DNA of 64,000 bases. Origin: a virus (lineage: Duplodnaviria; Caudoviricetes). Position 1 is the first letter of the stretch. Each line of letters begins with the position of its first letter. Location: the IMG/VR virus record IMGVR_UViG_3300025073_000989. One strand, given 5' to 3'. This document shows positions 9,599-17,779 of this stretch, piece after piece. The notes below the pieces were generated by a model. That model searched no databases, had not been told where the DNA came from, and saw nothing but the letters and a program-made list of their open reading frames with translations. A program made the translations under genes and the position numbers.

Positions 9599-10042
9599 TT
9601 GGAATATATATATCCAAGCCTAAAATTAGGGTTTGATTTACATGGTGTAATAGATGCTGATCCTGAGAGATTTAAACTTATCCTGGTTGAACTTATAAAA
9701 CAAAGACATTCTATATTTGTAATATCCGGTCCACCTAGTGTAGATATCATTTTAAAATTAAATAGACTTGGTATAAAAACCGAACCTTTTTTTTCTAACG
9801 ATGGTAGTGTTTTAGTTGAATTTAAAGTATTATCTATAGTAGATTTTCTTAAAAGCAAAAACATTAAAATGAATCAAGATGAAAAAGGCAATTGGTGGAC
9901 TGACCAAATGAATTGGTGGTCATCAAAAGCCCATATATGTGAAGAAAACGATATTGATTATCATTTTGATGATACCTTTACCTATGCTCAATTTTTTCAT
10001 GGGATAAAAACAAAGTTTGTTCACGTAAACAATAAACAGTGA
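9599..10042 (+). CDS. HAD-superfamily-like protein
   Basis: GFDLHGVID (DxxGV motif I variant), ISG (motif II), K and HFDD (motif IV). Confidence 0.6.
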   Translation: MEYIYPSLKLGFDLHGVIDADPERFKLILVELIKQRHSIFVISGPPSVDIILKLNRLGIKTEPFFSNDGSVLVEFKVLSIVDFLKSKNIKMNQDEKGNWWTDQMNWWSSKAHICEENDIDYHFDDTFTYAQFFHGIKTKFVHVNNKQ

Positions 10043-10082
10043 CTTTTTAAACTAACCTCCTAATTTTAAAGGGGGAAATTCC

Positions 10083-10463
10083 ATGAAAAAAATAGATGCT
10101 GTAACTAAGTTAGCACTTCTTGCGTCTCTATCGGAAACTTATTGTGAGTTAAATCACGGTCCCGATACAGATGACCAGAGGCCTAAAGCTGTAAATTATA
10201 TTGTACAAACTTTAGCACAGGCTGAAACAGACGGTGATCATAAAAACACAAAACACCTTGTAATACCAGTATGTCAAGGCTGTTTAGACGGTATAGAAAG
10301 TGAAGAGTGGTTACTTATTTATTGTTTACAATGTAATAAAAATCACTGGATAAATAAAAGCCTTGCTAAAAATGAATACGGTGGTTATAATATAATATGG
10401 CTTTGTGGTTGTCACGAATGCTTAGCTGTAAATGAAAAAACCAAAGCCGTTTACTTTTCATAA
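10083..10463 (+). CDS. Cys-rich hypothetical protein
   Basis: Three CxxC pairs; RBS GGGGG. Confidence 0.6.
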   Translation: MKKIDAVTKLALLASLSETYCELNHGPDTDDQRPKAVNYIVQTLAQAETDGDHKNTKHLVIPVCQGCLDGIESEEWLLIYCLQCNKNHWINKSLAKNEYGGYNIIWLCGCHECLAVNEKTKAVYFS

Positions 10464-10475
10464 GATAAAGAAAAA

Positions 10476-10556
10476 GCTAAATTTCTAATGGTGAAAGATA
10501 GGGTTACTTCCTTCTAACGAAACCTACCTTATCTGCTGATTCCTTAGAGATTTAGC
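10476..10556 (+). ncRNA. Y RNA-like ncRNA 1 (short, no tRNA module)
   Basis: 13-bp terminal stem gctaaatttctaa/ttagagatttagc; internal loop TGGTG.../...TGATTCC; inner stem; TACTTC motif shared with the two neighbouring copies. Confidence 0.7.
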
Positions 10557-10570
10557 ACTCAAAAAATACT

Positions 10571-10718
10571 TAAAGTTTGCCAATGGTGTAGAAAAGAGAT
10601 ACTTCATTCCAAGAGCCGGTCAGTAGTTCGAATCTACTTAGGTCAGCAGTGGCCTATAACTCAGCTGGTAGAGTTGCTCTCCAAAAGCCTTTTTTCGCTT
10701 ATTCCTTGACAAACTTTA
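10571..10718 (+). ncRNA. yrlA: YrlA-type Y RNA with tRNA-mimic module
   Basis: Terminal stem aaagtttgccaa/ttgacaaacttt; TGGTG, TACTTC and TTATTCC motifs; T-arm agtag-TTCGAAT-ctact, looped acceptor-like stem taggtca/tggccta and D-arm actc-agctggta-gagt in permuted T-then-D order; just upstream of Ro60. Confidence 0.85.
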
Positions 10719-10730
10719 TATTAATTTAGT

Positions 10731-10806
10731 TATACATAATGGTGTATAATTTGGTTACTTCACTTGGACTGAAAAAAATACCAAATTAGATTGTTCCTTA
10801 TGTATA
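10731..10806 (+). ncRNA. Y RNA-like ncRNA 3 (short)
   Basis: Terminal stem tatacataa/ttatgtata; TGGTG; inner stem taatttggt/accaaatta; TACTTC; TTGTTCC. Confidence 0.7.
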
Positions 10807-10874
10807 TCTATACCTAAGAACCGGGTACTAATAACAAGTAAGCTTTTAACAAGTAAATTTTGGAGACAAAAACG

Positions 10875-12206
10875 ATGGCAAAAACAAATGTACCTCGTCA
10901 GGCAATATACACACATCAAGGAGCAAAATCAAAACATATTAGTCCGGAACAGCTGTTACGGCGATCAGTCATGAGCTGCTTATTGTGGGAAAACGAGTTT
11001 TATGAAGATGGTGAAACAATAGCTACAAGAATAGCAAATACCATTGCTCTAGTTGCTCCTGAAAAGGTAGCTTTAATAGCTATCGAAGCCAGAGAAAAAA
11101 TGAAATTAAGGCATATACCTTTATTTATAGTACGTGAAATGGCAAAACTTAATACACATAAATATTTAGTTTCACATACTTTAAATAGAATAATTCAACG
11201 AGCAGACGAACTTACAGAATTTCTAGCATTGTATTGGAAGGACGGTAAACGGCCGATTTCTGCGCAAGTTAAGAAAGGATTAGCTTCTGCTTTTTCTAAG
11301 TTTAATGAATATTCATTAGCAAAGTATAATAGTGATGGAGAAATAAAACTAAGGGATGTTCTTTTTCTTTCTCATGCTAAACCAAAAGATGAAGAACAGG
11401 CTACTTTATGGAAACGCTTAATAAACAACGAACTTGTTGTTCCAGACACTTGGGAAGTATCTCTATCTGCTGGAAAAGATAGAAAAGAAACTTGGGAGCG
11501 TTTAATAAACGAAGATAAACTTGGCGGTTTGGCTTTTTTGCGCAATTTAAGAAACATGAAAGCTGCTGGTGTTTCAGAAGATATTGTTTTTTATGGTCTA
11601 AATAAACTAAATGTAGAAAGAATTTTACCTTTTCGTTTTATTACTGCGGCTAGATATGCTCCCCAGTGGGAAGATGAAATCGAAACAGTGATGTTGAAAT
11701 GTCTAGAAAGCAAAAATAAACTAAAAGGAACTACAGCACTACTTATTGATAGATCAGGTAGTATGTGTAGAAAACTATCCGAAAAATCAGAACTTTCAAG
11801 ATATGATGCTGCTTGTGGACTGGCCGTACTAGTAAGAGAAGTAGCAGAGCATGTAAAGATATATACGTTTTGTGGAGGATCTGGTCGTACAGATATTCCA
11901 TTTGAGCTGTTACATATTCCACCAAGAAGAGGTTTCGGTTTAACGGCCGCCCTAGGGTCCTACAAAAACGCAGGAACTATGCTTGGAAGAGCAACTACTG
12001 AACTATATCAAAAAGATAATTTTGATAGACTAATTGTATTAACCGATGAACAGAGCCAAGATAAAGTACCAGATCCTAAAGGATTGGCTTATATGATAAA
12101 TGTAGCCTCTGCCAGAAACGGTGTAGGTTATGGTCCGTGGATTCACATCGATGGCTGGTCAGAAGCAGTAGTTGATTTTATTGAAACACTAGAAACAGTT
12201 AATTAG
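10875..12206 (+). CDS. rsr: Ro60/Rsr TROVE + vWA RNA-binding protein
   Basis: QLLRRSVMSCLLWENEFYEDG, LAKY, LRDVLFLSHAKP, TWE, LRNLRNM, LPFRF, vWA DRSGSM and IVLTDEQ; ATG at 10875 follows RBS GGAG. Confidence 0.95.
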   Translation: MAKTNVPRQAIYTHQGAKSKHISPEQLLRRSVMSCLLWENEFYEDGETIATRIANTIALVAPEKVALIAIEAREKMKLRHIPLFIVREMAKLNTHKYLVSHTLNRIIQRADELTEFLALYWKDGKRPISAQVKKGLASAFSKFNEYSLAKYNSDGEIKLRDVLFLSHAKPKDEEQATLWKRLINNELVVPDTWEVSLSAGKDRKETWERLINEDKLGGLAFLRNLRNMKAAGVSEDIVFYGLNKLNVERILPFRFITAARYAPQWEDEIETVMLKCLESKNKLKGTTALLIDRSGSMCRKLSEKSELSRYDAACGLAVLVREVAEHVKIYTFCGGSGRTDIPFELLHIPPRRGFGLTAALGSYKNAGTMLGRATTELYQKDNFDRLIVLTDEQSQDKVPDPKGLAYMINVASARNGVGYGPWIHIDGWSEAVVDFIETLETVN

Positions 12207-12222
12207 ATAAAGGAGAAGGATA

Positions 12223-12711
12223 ATGAAAATTATAGAAGGTCTTAGGAAGATCAAACAGCTTGATAGAAAAATTAAAAAAAATATCTTAAGGATTACGGAT
12301 TGGTCGTCTTATTTAGATAACATCGACCAAGCAGAAAAACCATTGTACGGTAAAGAAGAGTTACGGGTAATGATTCAGCAAATAGGAGATTGGTCTAAGG
12401 AAAAGGCGCGTATACGGCACAATATACATATAACCAACGCTTTAAAGAAGGTTATTTTCAAGGGTACGGAAATTACAGTAGATGAACTTTTACTTTTACA
12501 AAGTACTACTATTCCAGATATGCTAGCTGCACACAAAGCGCTAAATCGCAAAGATAAAGGGCGATTTGGTGTTCAAGACGTAAAGACAGTAGTAAGGTTA
12601 CAGTACGACCCAAAAGAAAAAGAAGTTGTAGTTGATAGTCTATTAAATGATTTAGAAATTATCGGTGATATCTTAGATAGAGTAACTTTAGAAACTGATA
12701 TTATTGAATAA
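12223..12711 (+). CDS. coiled-coil protein (MKIIEGL... N-terminus; possibly DIP1984/DUF6847-like)
   Basis: Heptad-rich helical hairpin; MK(I/L)xE(G/A)L start; strong RBS AAGGAG. Confidence 0.55.
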   Translation: MKIIEGLRKIKQLDRKIKKNILRITDWSSYLDNIDQAEKPLYGKEELRVMIQQIGDWSKEKARIRHNIHITNALKKVIFKGTEITVDELLLLQSTTIPDMLAAHKALNRKDKGRFGVQDVKTVVRLQYDPKEKEVVVDSLLNDLEIIGDILDRVTLETDIIE

Positions 12712-12728
12712 GCAACAAAAGTAAAAAG

Positions 12729-12947
12729 ATTTATACCTCTGATGGTAAAATTGATAAAAAGAAACTTTTACATTGGCGAGTGGGACCACCCACAATTGTG
12801 AGAATTGTGATTCAGGATTTGATTGTTAAGATTTAAAAATGCCACCGTGCTATGTTGATTTCCAAATAAAAATCCTAAATCTGGAAAAAAAAGTTTTTAG
12901 AAAGTTTCTCTCTCTTCAATACCAGTTAGGCAGTCAGAGGTATAAAT
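12729..12947 (+). ncRNA. candidate structured ncRNA (~219 nt)
   Basis: Perfect 14-bp terminal stem atttatacctctga/tcagaggtataaat; nested pairings tggta/tacca, gaaacttt/aaagtttc, gtggg/cccac and aggattt/aaatcct; no ORF. Confidence 0.6.
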
Positions 12948-13445
12948 TTTCAATTTATAGGAATTTGAAATTGAAAAACTTCGAGCTTTAAGTAATAGCC
13001 TTGATACTACCACACAACACTATTCTACATGTACAGAAATTATTGATGAATTAGTAAAGCTGCGTCAACGGTGTTACCCATCAAGAGTAGTAATAGTAGA
13101 TGGTATCGGCCATTATGTTAGTACGGCAATTGCTGAAGAAATTGAGCGATTACGCAGCAAACTTGATGACCTTGATAAAAAAGAAAATCTTAACAAAGAA
13201 AACTGTTCTTTACCGATAAGAGGGTTAACTCCCTACTCCATAAGAAAGACAAGATTTTGGTTTTTTTATTATAAATTTGAAATTCTTTTTGATGAAGACC
13301 CTATCTATAGTGTTATAAGTGGTTCTTCTTGCTATAGTGAAATAAAACAAATTTGTGCTGCGTTGAATGGTGCTTTTAATTTAGAATATTCAGAAAGGGT
13401 ACTAGATCAACTTAAGTGATTTGTTATCATGTACTGGAGACACTT

Positions 13446-13793
13446 ATGTTGCCCAAAAAAATTGAAGACATAGTAAAACCGGTTGTTGAAAAGTTTGTTG
13501 CTGAAAGAAATGGCTTTTATCGAAAACATTGCAGCGATATTCTGCTTACCTCTTTAATAGTTTTTCAGCTTGGGCTTCCCTCGCGCCGCGACGAAAACAA
13601 AACAGTCGCGGAAGTTATTATCAAAGGCGATCAAAATGAAGCCTACGGCGCTGTTTGCTGGCTTTTTGAAAGCATTCTAGAAGGCAACTGTTGTGCTGGT
13701 GGTAACGGGCATCACGTTGCCCAAAAATTTGCTGCAGCAATGGATGTGCTGCGGTGTAATATTGACGTTGGAAGAGAAAATGATTCAGACTAA
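13446..13793 (+). CDS. hypothetical protein (GC-richer patch)
   Basis: ORF track 13416..13793; ATG at 13446 follows GGAGA. Confidence 0.45.
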   Translation: MLPKKIEDIVKPVVEKFVAERNGFYRKHCSDILLTSLIVFQLGLPSRRDENKTVAEVIIKGDQNEAYGAVCWLFESILEGNCCAGGNGHHVAQKFAAAMDVLRCNIDVGRENDSD

Positions 13794-13812
13794 AGAGCTA
13801 GTAAAATAACAA

Positions 13813-13885
13813 GGAGATGTATTTCAAAGGGGAGAATGTTGGCCAGTTGGGCGTGAAGGTGTAAGTTCGAATCTTGCCATCTTTT
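13813..13885 (+). pseudogene. degenerate tRNA (pseudo-tRNA, anticodon undetermined)
   Basis: Acceptor GGAGATG/CATCTTT and T-arm gtaag-TTCGAAT-cttgc; D- and anticodon arms poorly paired; no CCA. Confidence 0.6.
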
Positions 13886-13904
13886 TGTTTAAAAATAATA
13901 TAAT

Positions 13905-13991
13905 GCATCTATGGCGGAACTGGTAGACGCCTGGGACTTAAAATCCCATGGGTATACGCCCGTCCCGGTTCGACTCCGGGTAGGTGCACCA
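13905..13991 (+). tRNA. tRNA-Leu (UAA)
   Basis: Anticodon arm TGGGA-CTTAAAA-TCCCA; long variable arm; encoded CCA. Confidence 0.95.
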
Positions 13992-13994
13992 TTA

Positions 13995-14072
13995 CTGCGT
14001 GTAGCTCAGTCTGGCCAGAGTACGTGCCTTGGACGCACGAAGTCGTTCGTTCGAATCGAACCACGCAGACCA
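13995..14072 (+). tRNA. tRNA-Pro (UGG)
   Basis: Acceptor CTGCGTG/CACGCAG; anticodon arm CGTGC-CTTGGAC-GCACG; encoded CCA. Confidence 0.95.
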
Positions 14073-14100
14073 AAACAAAACTAAAAAATAGGACAATACT

Positions 14101-14400
14101 ATGGAAATAGAAGATTTTCCTTGTTGCTGTACCGCCAAAGTATTAAAGAACTTTGGGGAAACGCATGTTACTGAAGGCCAATTCGTAAAAGAAGAAGAAA
14201 AGGCTTTAGAAGAAAGGATAGTAAAATATACTAATAGATATAGTTCTTTAGCAGTACTTACTACTATTACAAACAGCGAGCAAAAGACGGCAAATAAGGT
14301 ATTAAAAAAATTAGGGTTTAAATCCACCAAGTGGTTAAAAAAGGTTCAACATAAAGAAACTAAAATTAAGCTTTGGTGGAAACCGCTATATAAGGAGTAA
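14101..14400 (+). CDS. hypothetical protein
   Basis: ORF track; FPCCC motif; RBS AGGA. Confidence 0.6.
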   Translation: MEIEDFPCCCTAKVLKNFGETHVTEGQFVKEEEKALEERIVKYTNRYSSLAVLTTITNSEQKTANKVLKKLGFKSTKWLKKVQHKETKIKLWWKPLYKE

Positions 14401-14413
14401 ACTAGTTTAGTGA

Positions 14414-14488
14414 TGGGGTATCGCCAAGCGGTAAGGCACAAGACTTTGACTCTTGTTATCGAGGGTTCAAATCCTTCTACCCTATCCA
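14414..14488 (+). tRNA. tRNA-Gln (UUG)
   Basis: Acceptor TGGGGTA/TACCCTA; anticodon arm CAAGA-CTTTGAC-TCTTG; encoded CCA. Confidence 0.95.
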
Positions 14489-14504
14489 GAATAAAAGGTT
14501 AATT

Positions 14505-14810
14505 ATGAAACTTGATAGAGGTACAATAGTTAAATGGCAAATTCATAAATTAAATTTAACTAAAAAACAATTAAAAGACTACTATCCTGAAGTAAAGATA
14601 GCACCTGCAGTTTTTACTGGAACAGTGGAAGAAGATCCAACAGGTAGATACTCCTCCGGATACCACATGAGGTCATCTTTAATAGTTTCAATAAAACGAA
14701 AAGGGGATATACAAATAGTAGAAACTTTAAACTCTATATATAAACTTAAAGGTCTTCCTGGCGACATTTTTCCTGATTTAGGAAATGATGCTTTGAATAT
14801 TTTTTATTAA
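14505..14810 (+). CDS. hypothetical protein
   Basis: ORF track; HMRSSLIV...VETLNSIYKL resembles a small phage family as recalled. Confidence 0.6.
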   Translation: MKLDRGTIVKWQIHKLNLTKKQLKDYYPEVKIAPAVFTGTVEEDPTGRYSSGYHMRSSLIVSIKRKGDIQIVETLNSIYKLKGLPGDIFPDLGNDALNIFY

Positions 14811-14832
14811 TGGAAGTAAATTTGATTTTGAA

Positions 14833-14998
14833 TGGGAATGTGGCGAAAGTTAAACGCAGATTTAGATAGTTATACTACTAGATGAATAACTATTCTAAAA
14901 ATCCGTCTCGTGTTTACATTAGAAGTACAGGGTAATTCCGTATTATCTATATATAGACCAATATAGACTTGTAGGTATCGAATCCTGCCATCCCACCG
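14833..14998 (+). ncRNA. tRNA-like RNA with ~100-nt structured insert replacing the anticodon arm
   Basis: Leu/Ser-type D-arm TGGCGAAAGTTAAACGC; T-arm gtagg-TATCGAAT-cctgc; imperfect acceptor TGGGAATG/CATCCCA ending ACCG; internal hairpins tagttat/ataacta and tctatat/atataga. Confidence 0.6.
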
Positions 14999-15010
14999 AT
15001 AAAATTTAAG

Positions 15011-15049
15011 AAAACGGGAGCAATAGCCAACTATTTCTCCCGTTTTTTT
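15011..15049 (+). terminator. intrinsic terminator
   Basis: aaaacgggag-caatagccaactattt-ctcccgtttt followed by a T run. Confidence 0.8.
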
Positions 15050-15339
15050 ATTGAGAAGTTAAATTAACAGGAGACACCAATGCTACTACAACTAATCTAT
15101 TTTTATTTTGTTATTATTTTATTGACTTTTTTATATCGCTGTAGAGTCGAAAGAAATAAAAACAATAACCCGATAGAAAAATGGAAAAAAAACACACTGG
15201 GTTGAGAGCTGTCTAATTAGTTTGTTTTGGCCATTTGTAGTTATTTTTATTGTTATGCTGCTTATTGTAGTTTTTATAATTGAGCTACCTTATAAATTAA
15301 CTAAGGAGAGAATCCGCCGCGGTTAACAATAATTTAAAG

Positions 15340-15414
15340 TGCGGGGTCGAGGAGTGGCACCTCAGAAGGTTCATATCCTTCGTCACGGCAGTTCGATTCT
15401 GCCCCCCGCTTCCA
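15340..15414 (+). tRNA. tRNA-Met (CAU), initiator-like
   Basis: Anticodon arm GAAGG-TTCATAT-CCTTC; acceptor TGCGGGG/CCCCGCT with 1:72 mismatch as in tRNA-fMet; encoded CCA. Confidence 0.88.
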
Positions 15415-15441
15415 TAAAAAACTAGAAGAAGAATTGAAACT

Positions 15442-15732
15442 ATGCTACGATCTATAAAATTATTAGTTTTTCTATTTTTATTTTTATTTTTTCTACTTTC
15501 CTTTGCTAAAGCTGGAGATTACGATAAATATTATATCAATATACCAAAACTTATTGATTGTCAAACTATTAAAATAGATGAAACTTTTTTGAATGAAAAA
15601 AAGGCTATACTGTCTCCAGTGTATACCGCTTCAACTATATTAATCTGTTTTTGGGAAGTAGAGATTAAAGGTAAAAAATTGATACTTTTGAAACGTCCTG
15701 GAAGAAATGAATTCGGAGTAGTAAATGAATAA
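15442..15732 (+). CDS. secreted/exported hypothetical protein
   Basis: Signal peptide ending AKA. Confidence 0.55.
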   Translation: MLRSIKLLVFLFLFLFFLLSFAKAGDYDKYYINIPKLIDCQTIKIDETFLNEKKAILSPVYTASTILICFWEVEIKGKKLILLKRPGRNEFGVVNE

Positions 15733-15791
15733 ATAAATAGTCCAATTAGCATATTTTATTTTATAGAGGGTAGTTAAATTAAGGTCATAAA

Positions 15792-16535
15792 ATGCCAAAA
15801 GAGAATATAATTATTGTTGGAGACATACATGGTAAATGGGGAGAGATAAATTTTCTAATTAATAAGAAAAGTCCTAGAATTGTACTTCAGTGTGGTGACT
15901 TTGGGTTTTTTCCAAAGTTCCATAATACAAGAGGAATAGACTCAGAAGAATTTGAAATGTATGAACATACCAAAATCAGAAAACCATGGAATCAATACGG
16001 TATTAAAAACCCTAATACCGTGGTATATTTTGCTCCCGGTAATCATGAGGACTGGAATTCTTTAGATGAGTTAGAAGTAAATAAAAATTTTGAATTAATG
16101 CCAAACGTATTTTATCAACCATTTGGTAGTACAATTACTCTTCCAGACGGGAGAACGGTACTATTTTGTGGCGGAGCTAGATCTATTGACAGAGACTGGC
16201 GCACCTCAGGGGTAGATTGGTTTGAACAAGAAGAAATAAGTTATAGAGATATGGATAGACTTCCAAACATAGCTGTAGATATAGTTATATCCCATACTTG
16301 CCCTGAAGAAATAATGCTTCAGATGAGTACTAAAGGAATTTACTATGACCAAACAAACCCTTTACACAAAGACTCATCGCGGCAAGCTCTTTCATACATA
16401 ATGGAAAAATATAAACCAGATTTATGGTATTTTGGGCACTTTCATAGAGAAATTAAAGGTATGTGGAAGAATACTAGATGGTATGCTTTGTCTATGCCTG
16501 AAGGACATGGTAGGTGGTGGAGATACCTAAAATAA
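15792..16535 (+). CDS. calcineurin-like metallophosphoesterase
   Basis: GDIHG, GDFG, GNHE, SHTCP and GHFH motifs. Confidence 0.9.
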   Translation: MPKENIIIVGDIHGKWGEINFLINKKSPRIVLQCGDFGFFPKFHNTRGIDSEEFEMYEHTKIRKPWNQYGIKNPNTVVYFAPGNHEDWNSLDELEVNKNFELMPNVFYQPFGSTITLPDGRTVLFCGGARSIDRDWRTSGVDWFEQEEISYRDMDRLPNIAVDIVISHTCPEEIMLQMSTKGIYYDQTNPLHKDSSRQALSYIMEKYKPDLWYFGHFHREIKGMWKNTRWYALSMPEGHGRWWRYLK

Positions 16536-16547
16536 AGGAAAATATAA

Positions 16548-16973
16548 GTGTATATACCAGTAGAAGAAGAAAAACTTAAAAAATATGAAACATGGACAGA
16601 AGAAATTTTTGAACAAAAAGATTCATTATCTAACGGAGCAGTACCTCTGTTGTTTTTGTTTGGTGCAAATAAAATAAAAATGTGTAGATGTTATATAAGA
16701 TTCTCACCTAGCATTGTAATTATTGAAAATCTATGTATGCATGAAGTATCTGGAGTATTTTCAACCAGAATTAAGGAAATGTTTTTAACTTTAGCCATAA
16801 GAAGACTAATAACACTAACAAAGAGTGGTGGAAAAAAAGAATTAGTAATTTTTACTAGTAATAAGCTTTTACCTGAAATTTTTATCAATAACGGTTTCAA
16901 ATTTAGAAAAACACTTCCACATGAATTTGGAGAATACAGAGGATCCTTCCTTTTAGGAGATAAATTCAATTGA
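16548..16973 (+). CDS. hypothetical protein (possibly degenerate GNAT-like fold)
   Basis: ORF track; alpha/beta pattern ending FINNGF; no intact acetyl-CoA motif. Confidence 0.5.
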   Translation: MYIPVEEEKLKKYETWTEEIFEQKDSLSNGAVPLLFLFGANKIKMCRCYIRFSPSIVIIENLCMHEVSGVFSTRIKEMFLTLAIRRLITLTKSGGKKELVIFTSNKLLPEIFINNGFKFRKTLPHEFGEYRGSFLLGDKFN

Positions 16974-17779
16974 ATACTATTTATTTAGAACCACCATCAA
17001 CTGTAGATCTATTTTATCCAAACGACAATATGGAGTTTGCTTTTTGTTCTAGGATTAAACGAGAAAGAGTCTCACAAATAACTGTATTTGCAAAATGTCG
17101 TGAGGTGTTAACCGGTTTTATTAGAACGCAACTGTGTGGTTTTGATCCAAACGCTATACCGTGGTTTTATGTAAGAAAGCGTATAGATTTATTAAAAGTT
17201 AGAATGTTAGTTTTAAAAAGATATACACCCGGAACAGAAATAAATAAAGCGCTGATTTTTAACAACGAAGTGGAGTTTGGAATTAGAATTTTAAATTTAT
17301 TTGAAAAAAAACTAAAATGGACAGAAACTAAAGTTTATAAGGTAGAGTTAATTAAGGAATTATATACTAATGCAATTCCTGATCTCTATATGATAGAGGC
17401 CTCGAAACAATGGTTATTTTCTCCGGCCTGTTTCTCTTTGTTTTTATTATTATTTAGAGCCGGAAAATATTATAGAGATTTATCTGTAAAAGATATTTCG
17501 TCTTTTTTAGCCAGTATAGCTGATAAAAAAATGGAAGAACACTTACATTATAAAAAAGATCAGTGGTTAATATTTCTTAAAAATACCAATAGAATATATA
17601 AAAAAAATATAATAGAACGATACAGACCAGAAAATATAATAAAACGATACAGACCAGAAAGAGTATATAGTAACTCAAAAGAGGGTATATTTTCCATGCT
17701 AAGTGGAACAACAGTGGATAAAGTGTCTTATAAAGCATGGAAAAATATTTTAGATGAACAAGGTAAACAAGATGCTTAG
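16970..17779 (+). CDS. hypothetical protein, paralog of 18942..19730
   Basis: Shared FAF...KCRExL...IDLxxxRMLV pattern. Confidence 0.65.
   Translation: MNTIYLEPPSTVDLFYPNDNMEFAFCSRIKRERVSQITVFAKCREVLTGFIRTQLCGFDPNAIPWFYVRKRIDLLKVRMLVLKRYTPGTEINKALIFNNEVEFGIRILNLFEKKLKWTETKVYKVELIKELYTNAIPDLYMIEASKQWLFSPACFSLFLLLFRAGKYYRDLSVKDISSFLASIADKKMEEHLHYKKDQWLIFLKNTNRIYKKNIIERYRPENIIKRYRPERVYSNSKEGIFSMLSGTTVDKVSYKAWKNILDEQGKQDA
17604..17657 (+). repeat. 27-bp in-frame tandem duplication
   Basis: aaaatataatagaacgatacagaccag / aaaatataataaaacgatacagaccag. Confidence 0.9.

Noticed and set aside
10476-10806. Repeated motifs upstream of Ro60 read as a CRISPR array
   Set aside because: The units share secondary structure and short motifs, not identical direct repeats with spacers; no cas genes are present
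13586-13616. GC-rich hairpin ccgcgac/gtcgcgg followed by GTT in a GC-richer ORF, possibly another attC remnant
   Set aside because: No matching R'' or L arms could be found; too weak to call
14833-14998. Reading this element as a tmRNA or an intron-containing tRNA
   Set aside because: It is too short for a canonical tmRNA or group I intron, lacks G3-U70, and no anticodon arm can be rebuilt by removing a segment; kept only as an unclassified tRNA-like RNA
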